In this document: in pieces, positions 58,929 to 64,000 of the stretch
Layout of the letters: every line of letters starts with the position of its first letter
Numbering within the stretch: position 1 is the stretch's first letter
From: Allosphingosinicella sp.
Lineage (GTDB): Bacteria > Pseudomonadota > Alphaproteobacteria > Sphingomonadales > Sphingomonadaceae
Reading direction: 5' to 3'
Assembly (NCBI GenBank): GCA_036378975.1
Contig: DASUVK010000045.1
Location: 8,497 to 72,496 of the forward strand
DNA length: 64,000 nt
Notes under the pieces: model-generated
What the model saw: only the letters and a program-made list of their open reading frames with translations
What the model was told of the DNA's origin: nothing
Database searches by the model: none
Translations under genes and position numbers: made by a program

Positions 58929-60296
58929 TCAGCTCGGCTTGCCGTCGGTCTCGGTCGGGAACAGCTTGGTCAGCGGGCGCGGCGCGCCTTCCACCACTGG
59001 CAGCTCCTCGATCGCCCTGGCGCCGCTCGACACTTCGAGAGTCTCGAAGCGCCTGGCCTGGGTGAGCACCTGGCTTTCGAGGCTGCCGACGAAGGCATTG
59101 TAGGCGCCGGTCGCCAGCTCGAGGTTGCGGCCCATTCGGGCGACGTGCCCGCCCATGGTCGCCAGGCGGGCATGAAGCTCCTTGCCCAGCCGGGCGATCT
59201 CGGCCGCCTCCTCGGCGAGCTTCTCCTGCCGCCACACCGTCGCGACCGTTCGGGCGATGGCGACGAGGTTGGTCGGAGTCGCGAGGAGGACCCGGCGCTC
59301 GAACGCCCATTCCCACAGGCCCTCGTCCTGCTCGAGCGCGGCGGTGAGGAAATGCTCGCCGGGTATGTACATGACGACATAGTCCGCAGCGTCGCCGAAC
59401 TGGTCCCAGTAATTCTTGGAGCCAAGCTTCTGGGCGTGGTTGCGGATCGACGCCGCGTGCGCCTTCAGATGCTGAATTCGGACCGTCTCGTCGACCTCCT
59501 CATTGGCGTCGAGGAAGGCGTTCAGCGAGCATTTGGCGTCGATGATCAGCTTGCGCCCGCCCGGCAGCCGGACGACGACGTCGGGCCGAAGGCGGCCGTC
59601 TTCGGTGTCGACCGAGACTTCGGACTGGAAGTCGACGAACTGCGAGAGGCCGGCCTGCTCGAGCACGTTCTTGAGGCTCTGCTCGCCCCAGCGTCCGCGT
59701 GCCTTGGGGCTCGAGCGAAGCGCGTTGACCAGCCGCGCGGTCTCGTCGCGCACCTGGCTGTGGCCGGCATGGAGCAAAGTCACCGCCTCGCGAAGCGCCT
59801 CGTAGCTTCCCACCCTCTCCTTCTCGACCTGGGTCAGGCCTTCTTCGTAGCGCTTCAGAGTCGCCTCGACCGGCTGAAGCAAGGCCTTGAGCTGCTCCTG
59901 CGTCTTCTCGCCGGCCTGGTTGAAGCGGGCGTCGGCGCGCTCCAGGAAATTCTTTTGAGCCTCGCCGAGAAGCTTGCCGCCTATCTCGCTGAACTGCGCC
60001 GACAAAGCCTCGCGGGCATCCCGCAGCTCGGCGAGCCGCTCCTGGAAGTTGCGCTCCTGCGCCTCGTGGGCCGAGGACAGCCGGGCGCATTCGGTGCGGG
60101 CGTCGGCGCAGGCCTGCCGGGCCTCGTCGAGCCGCGCCTGCATCTCGGCGAGATCGGTGATCGCCTTGCGGAAATCCTCGACCCTCTCGTCGCGTTCCTT
60201 GCGGTAGAGCGCGGCCTGGCGGGTGCCGAGGGACCAGCCGCCGGCGAGGCCGGCCGCGGCGGCGAGGAGGATGAAGAGGAGGAGTGCGGTGTCCAT
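58929..60296 (-). CDS. rmuC: DNA recombination protein RmuC
   Basis: 455 aa with an N-terminal TM, a long coiled coil and the RmuC nuclease-like C-terminal domain (PDVVVRLPGGRKLIIDAK). Confidence 0.93.
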   Translation of the reverse strand: MDTALLLFILLAAAAGLAGGWSLGTRQAALYRKERDERVEDFRKAITDLAEMQARLDEARQACADARTECARLSSAHEAQERNFQERLAELRDAREALSAQFSEIGGKLLGEAQKNFLERADARFNQAGEKTQEQLKALLQPVEATLKRYEEGLTQVEKERVGSYEALREAVTLLHAGHSQVRDETARLVNALRSSPKARGRWGEQSLKNVLEQAGLSQFVDFQSEVSVDTEDGRLRPDVVVRLPGGRKLIIDAKCSLNAFLDANEEVDETVRIQHLKAHAASIRNHAQKLGSKNYWDQFGDAADYVVMYIPGEHFLTAALEQDEGLWEWAFERRVLLATPTNLVAIARTVATVWRQEKLAEEAAEIARLGKELHARLATMGGHVARMGRNLELATGAYNAFVGSLESQVLTQARRFETLEVSSGARAIEELPVVEGAPRPLTKLFPTETDGKPS

Positions 60297-60398
60297 GTCC
60301 GGCCCTGGGAACGAAGGTGGAACCTAGAGCAGAGGGGGACGGGGGTAAAGAGTCGGCGCGTGGAAGCTGTGGAAAACCTGCTCGGACCCGCCCTAACC

Positions 60399-60482
60399 CG
60401 TCATTCCCCGCGCAAGGGGGAATCCAGGCTGCGGTGGCGCAGCTCGGGCTTCGTCTGGATTCCCGCTTTCGCGGGAATGACG
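60399..60482. repeat. inverted-repeat element (CGTCATTCCCCGCGCAAGGGGGAATCCAG ... CTGGATTCCCGCTTTCGCGGGAATGACG)
   Basis: Two ~28-nt arms, each itself a hairpin, lie between rmuC and def. Confidence 0.75.
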
Positions 60483-60530
60483 AACTCACAGCAGGTCTCC
60501 TGGAGACCCCGGCGTTCGCCGGGGTGGCCG

Positions 60531-61070
60531 CTACGCCGCCAGCTTCGCCCGCTCCTTGCGCGCCTTGGCTAGCTTCCGGAGGATCATGTCGCGCTTGAGG
60601 CGGGACAGGTGGTCGATAAAGAGGATGCCCTCGAGATGGTCCATCTCGTGCTGGAGGCAGGTGGCGAGCAGGCCGCTGAGCTCCTCTTCATGCGCCTTGC
60701 CGTCGCGGTCGAGCCAGCGGGCCCGGATCGCCTCCGGGCGCTCGACCTCGGCATATTGGTCGGGCACCGACAGGCAGCCCTCCTGATAGGGCACGATCGC
60801 CTCGGCGCTGCGCAATATCTCGGGGTTGATGAACACCCTCGGAGTGCGCACCGGCTCGCCGCCTTCCTCTTCCGGATCCTGCAGGTCGATGACGAGGATC
60901 CGCTTCGGCACGCCGACCTGGATCGCGGCTAGGCCGATGCCGGGGGCGGCGTACATCGTCTCGAACATGTCGTCGATCAGCGTCTGCAACTCGGGCGTGA
61001 TCGCCTCGACCGGCGAGGAAATCTGCCGCAGCAACGGGTCCGGGGCTTCGATGATGGGGCGGATGGCCAT
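60531..61070 (-). CDS. def: peptide deformylase
   Basis: 179 aa with GIGLAAIQVG, EGCLS and HEMDH. Confidence 0.96.
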   Translation of the reverse strand: MAIRPIIEAPDPLLRQISSPVEAITPELQTLIDDMFETMYAAPGIGLAAIQVGVPKRILVIDLQDPEEEGGEPVRTPRVFINPEILRSAEAIVPYQEGCLSVPDQYAEVERPEAIRARWLDRDGKAHEEELSGLLATCLQHEMDHLEGILFIDHLSRLKRDMILRKLAKARKERAKLAA

Positions 61071-61135
61071 CGCTTTTATCTAGGGTTTGGAGTGGTTTTC
61101 GTCAACGCGCGGGACGCCGATGCCGACCCTGAGCG

Positions 61136-61243
61136 CCCCCTCTCCCCCGCGGGGAGAGGGTTGGGGTGAGGGGGCTCTGAGCCCGAGAATTTCCTCGGAA
61201 GCCGAACCCCCTCACCCTGCCCTCTCCCCGCAGGGGAGAGGGG
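61136..61243. repeat. composite hairpin element (CCCTCTCCCC-GC(A/G)-GGGGAGAGGG family)
   Basis: Two GGGGAGAGGG hairpins flank a GGGGTGAGGGGG...CCCCCTCACCC long-range pairing, between def and the DUF1343 gene. Confidence 0.7.
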
Positions 61244-61263
61244 TTTTCCCTCTCGCAACCTGC

Positions 61264-62466
61264 CTAATAGCGCAGGAAGGGCCGGCGCGCCTCCAGCCAG
61301 GCCTCCTCGTCGGGCCGGGCGAGCGAGTCGAGGTCGCCCGGCACAGCCGCCGGGTCGTCGACCCATTCGCGCAGCGCCGGGCCGCCGTTGATGACGTCGA
61401 TGGCGAGCTTGCCGAACTCATATTCGTAGGGAAAATCGCGCCACAAGGGATAATCGGGCCGCAGGCGGCGGAGCGCCTTGAAGGCGAGCGCCTGCAGCCG
61501 CCAGGGACGGAAGGCGTCGTGATCGTAGAACGGCGCTTCGGCATGGATATGGACGCCGGCGCACAGGCTGCCGGCATGTTTGTGGAAGGTGGGCTCGAAC
61601 CAGATTTCCCGAAGGGCGCAGCCGCGCAGCCATTCGGACGCCAGGGTCCGCATTTCGGCGAGGATGGCGTGGGCATCGAGGTCGGGCGCGCCGAAAATCT
61701 CGAGCGGGCGGGTGGTGCCGCGGCCTTCGGACAGATTGGTACCCTCGAGCATGACGGTGCCGGCATAGGCCCGCGCCATCCCCAAATTGGGGGCGTTCGG
61801 GCTGGGATTGACCCACGCCCGCTCGCCCAGCGGCCAGCCATGGCCGGGGGCGGCGTCCGGGTCGTAGCCCTCCATCTCGATCACCCGATAGTCGAGGCCG
61901 AGCCGCATCGCGTCGACGAACCAGCAGCCGAGCTCGCCCAGCGTCAGGCCGTGGCGCATCGGCAGCGGCCCGGCGCCGACGAAGCTTTCCCAGCCGGGCC
62001 GCAGGGTCAGGCCCTCGACCGGGCGGCCGGCGGGATTGGGGCGGTCGAGCACCCAGACCGATTTGCCGTGCGCCGCGGCGGCCTCGAGCACGTAGAGCAA
62101 GGTGGTGATGAAGGTGTAGATTCGGCAGCCGAGGTCCTGGAGGTCGACGAGCAGGACGTCGAACGTGCCGAGCGACTGTCCGGTCGGACGCCGCACCTCG
62201 CCGTAGAGGCTGAACACCGGGATGTTGTGCGCCGGATCGGTGAAGTCCGGCGATTCGACCATATTGTCCTGCTTGTCGCCCCTGAGGCCGTGCTGCGGGC
62301 CGAAGGCGGCGGTGAGGTTGAGATCCTCGCACTGCGCGAGCGCGTCGAGCGAATGGGCAAGGCCCGCGGTCACCGAGGCGGGATGGGCGAGCAGGGCGAC
62401 GCGCTTGCCTTCGAGCGGCGCGCGCAGGGCGGGGTCGGCGAGGAGGCGATCGAGCCCGGTCTTCAT
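61264..62466 (-). CDS. DUF1343 domain-containing protein (NamZ/YbbC-like exo-beta-N-acetylmuramidase family)
   Basis: 400 aa from MKTGLDRLLADP with VALLAHPASV, VDLQDLGCRIYTF and DRPNP. Confidence 0.85.
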   Translation of the reverse strand: MKTGLDRLLADPALRAPLEGKRVALLAHPASVTAGLAHSLDALAQCEDLNLTAAFGPQHGLRGDKQDNMVESPDFTDPAHNIPVFSLYGEVRRPTGQSLGTFDVLLVDLQDLGCRIYTFITTLLYVLEAAAAHGKSVWVLDRPNPAGRPVEGLTLRPGWESFVGAGPLPMRHGLTLGELGCWFVDAMRLGLDYRVIEMEGYDPDAAPGHGWPLGERAWVNPSPNAPNLGMARAYAGTVMLEGTNLSEGRGTTRPLEIFGAPDLDAHAILAEMRTLASEWLRGCALREIWFEPTFHKHAGSLCAGVHIHAEAPFYDHDAFRPWRLQALAFKALRRLRPDYPLWRDFPYEYEFGKLAIDVINGGPALREWVDDPAAVPGDLDSLARPDEEAWLEARRPFLRY

Positions 62467-63011
62467 GCCGGCCTCGCTGCCGGGAGTTCGAGCGTGAAGC
62501 AAGACGGATGATGGAAATCGGGCGCGCCGCCCGCATGCGACAGCGCCCACAAGGATTTGCCGCCCCAGGCTTCCTCGATCACCGCCGCCGCCGCCATCAG
62601 ATAGGGCTCGTCGGGAAGGTCGAGCGAGATCGAGACGTCCACCGTCAGCCGGTCGGGCCCGGCCGTCGCTTCGATGACGGGCGGCGCCGGCAACGCGGCC
62701 TGCACCATGCCCGTGCGGTGGGCCGAAAAATCGTAGGCCGCCCATTGCGACGAGGGTGAAAAGTTGAGCTCACGGTAGCCGGTGAGTTCCGCCGGCCGGA
62801 GGAAGAGTTCGAAGCATGTCCTCTCCCACAAGGCGTTCGTTCGCAGCGGAGCGGCGCGCTCGGGCAGGATGATCTCGCCGATCCGCCCTTTGACCTCGTA
62901 GCGAAGCTGCAGGCCGGTGGCGGAACGCCTTTCGAAGCTGAAGTCGATGCCGTCGACCGCGAGGCTCGGCTCGGCGGGATGGGTCCACAGCCAATGCTTC
63001 TCCACGATCAT
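62463..63011 (-). CDS. DOMON-like domain-containing protein
   Basis: 182 aa from MIVEKHWLW. Its stop overlaps the DUF1343 start (ATGA). The family call rests on weak recall. Confidence 0.55.
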   Translation of the reverse strand: MIVEKHWLWTHPAEPSLAVDGIDFSFERRSATGLQLRYEVKGRIGEIILPERAAPLRTNALWERTCFELFLRPAELTGYRELNFSPSSQWAAYDFSAHRTGMVQAALPAPPVIEATAGPDRLTVDVSISLDLPDEPYLMAAAAVIEEAWGGKSLWALSHAGGAPDFHHPSCFTLELPAARPA

Positions 63012-63077
63012 CCTCTCCCGTCGCCCCGAACTTGTGCCAGGGTCCAGTTCTCCGCCCGCCCTGCTGCTCGAAACGGG

Positions 63078-63098
63078 ATGCTGAAACAAGTTCAGCAT
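63078..63098. repeat. short hairpin ATGCTGAA-ACAAG-TTCAGCAT
   Basis: An 8-bp stem in the divergent DOMON-like / tyrS promoter region. It resembles remnants of a common alphaproteobacterial repeat. Confidence 0.4.
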
Positions 63099-63126
63099 GA
63101 GGGTCTGCCATGCTAACCGCCGCGCC

Positions 63127-64000
63127 ATGTCCGAATACTCATCCGACCTCCTCCGGCTGCTCGACGCGCGCGGCTATATCCATCAGGTGACCGACGCCGA
63201 GGGGCTCGACGGCCTCGCCGCGCGCGAGATCGTGCCCGGCTATATCGGCTTCGACGCGACCGCGCCGTCGCTGCACGTCGGCAGCCTCGTCCAGATCATG
63301 ATGCTTCGGCGGCTCCAGCAGGCCGGGCACAAGCCGATCGTGGTGATGGGCGGCGGGACGACCAAGATCGGCGACCCGTCGGGCAAGGATTCGAGCCGCC
63401 AATTGCTCACTTCCGACCACATTCGCACCAACATCGCGTCGATTCGGAGCGTCTTCGAGCGATTCCTCCACTTCGGTGACGGTCCGACCGATGCGATCAT
63501 GATCGACAATGCGGACTGGCTCGACACCCTCGACTACATCCCCTTCCTGCGCGACGTCGGCCCGCATTTCACGATCAACCGGATGCTGACCTTCGACAGC
63601 GTCCGACTCCGGCTCGAGCGCGAGCAGCCGCTGACCTTCCTCGAATTCAACTACATGATCCTACAAGCCTATGATTTCCTTGAGCTTTCTCGGCGAGTTG
63701 GGTGCCGGCTGCAGCTCGGCGGCTCGGACCAGTGGGGCAATATCGTCAACGGCATCGAGCTGACCCGCCGCATCGACGGCACCCAGCTCTACGGCGTGAC
63801 GACTCCGCTTCTCACCACCGCCGACGGCGGCAAGATGGGCAAGACCGCGGCCGGCGCCGTCTGGCTCAACGCCGACCAACTATCGCCCTACGATTACTGG
63901 CAATATTGGCGCAACACCCAGGACGGCGACGTCGGGCGGTTCCTGCGCCTGTTCACCGATCTGCCGCTCGACGAGATCGAGCGCTTGGAGGCGCTCGGCG
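63127..64000 (+). CDS. tyrS: tyrosine--tRNA ligase (3' end outside window)
   Basis: The frame is open from the ATG at 63127 to the window end. The class I HIGH-like motif (PSLHVGS) and KMGKT (KMSKS equivalent) are present. It is not in the ORF track because it has no stop in the window. Confidence 0.95.
   Translation, partial: MSEYSSDLLRLLDARGYIHQVTDAEGLDGLAAREIVPGYIGFDATAPSLHVGSLVQIMMLRRLQQAGHKPIVVMGGGTTKIGDPSGKDSSRQLLTSDHIRTNIASIRSVFERFLHFGDGPTDAIMIDNADWLDTLDYIPFLRDVGPHFTINRMLTFDSVRLRLEREQPLTFLEFNYMILQAYDFLELSRRVGCRLQLGGSDQWGNIVNGIELTRRIDGTQLYGVTTPLLTTADGGKMGKTAAGAVWLNADQLSPYDYWQYWRNTQDGDVGRFLRLFTDLPLDEIERLEALG

Overview
High-GC (roughly two-thirds G+C by eye) alphaproteobacterial chromosome segment. 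Gene content and order look Sphingomonadaceae-like, which is inference only. About 65 protein-coding genes are supported. I found no rRNA, tRNA, CRISPR array, transposase, integrase or phage genes.

Most of the window is conserved housekeeping:
- aspS, rnd, and polyphosphate genes (ppk2, ppx, ppk1)
- hdaA, purM-purN, ndk, holC-pepA
- the lptD-surA-pdxA-rsmA block, then an rsmB-like gene and guaB
- an ABC-F ATPase
- pckA followed by the classic alphaproteobacterial chvI-chvG-hprK-rapZ-EIIA(Man)-HPr cluster
- rmuC, def, and tyrS (3' end cut by the window edge)

Accessory-looking patches sit between these blocks:
- 4.0-5.1 kb: a secreted-protein gene flanked by 19-bp direct repeats
- 25.7-28.7 kb: a glycosyltransferase plus a Wzm/Wzt-type exporter
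- 31.5-36.2 kb: an AraC-controlled membrane/esterase operon with two overlapping mini-ORFs, and a DUF2975-HTH-membrane triad
- 40.2-41.8 kb: an orphan RTX protein
- 45.6-50.2 kb: a run of unassignable secreted and membrane proteins
- 58.4-58.9 kb: a small secreted peptide

Intergenic DNA is rich in several families of hairpin or MITE-like repeats. One family has perfect 16-18 bp-arm palindromes.

I could not identify a clear-cut new multi-gene system such as a defence island. The best candidates are listed as findings with explicit caveats. All protein family calls come from motif recognition by eye, with no database search.
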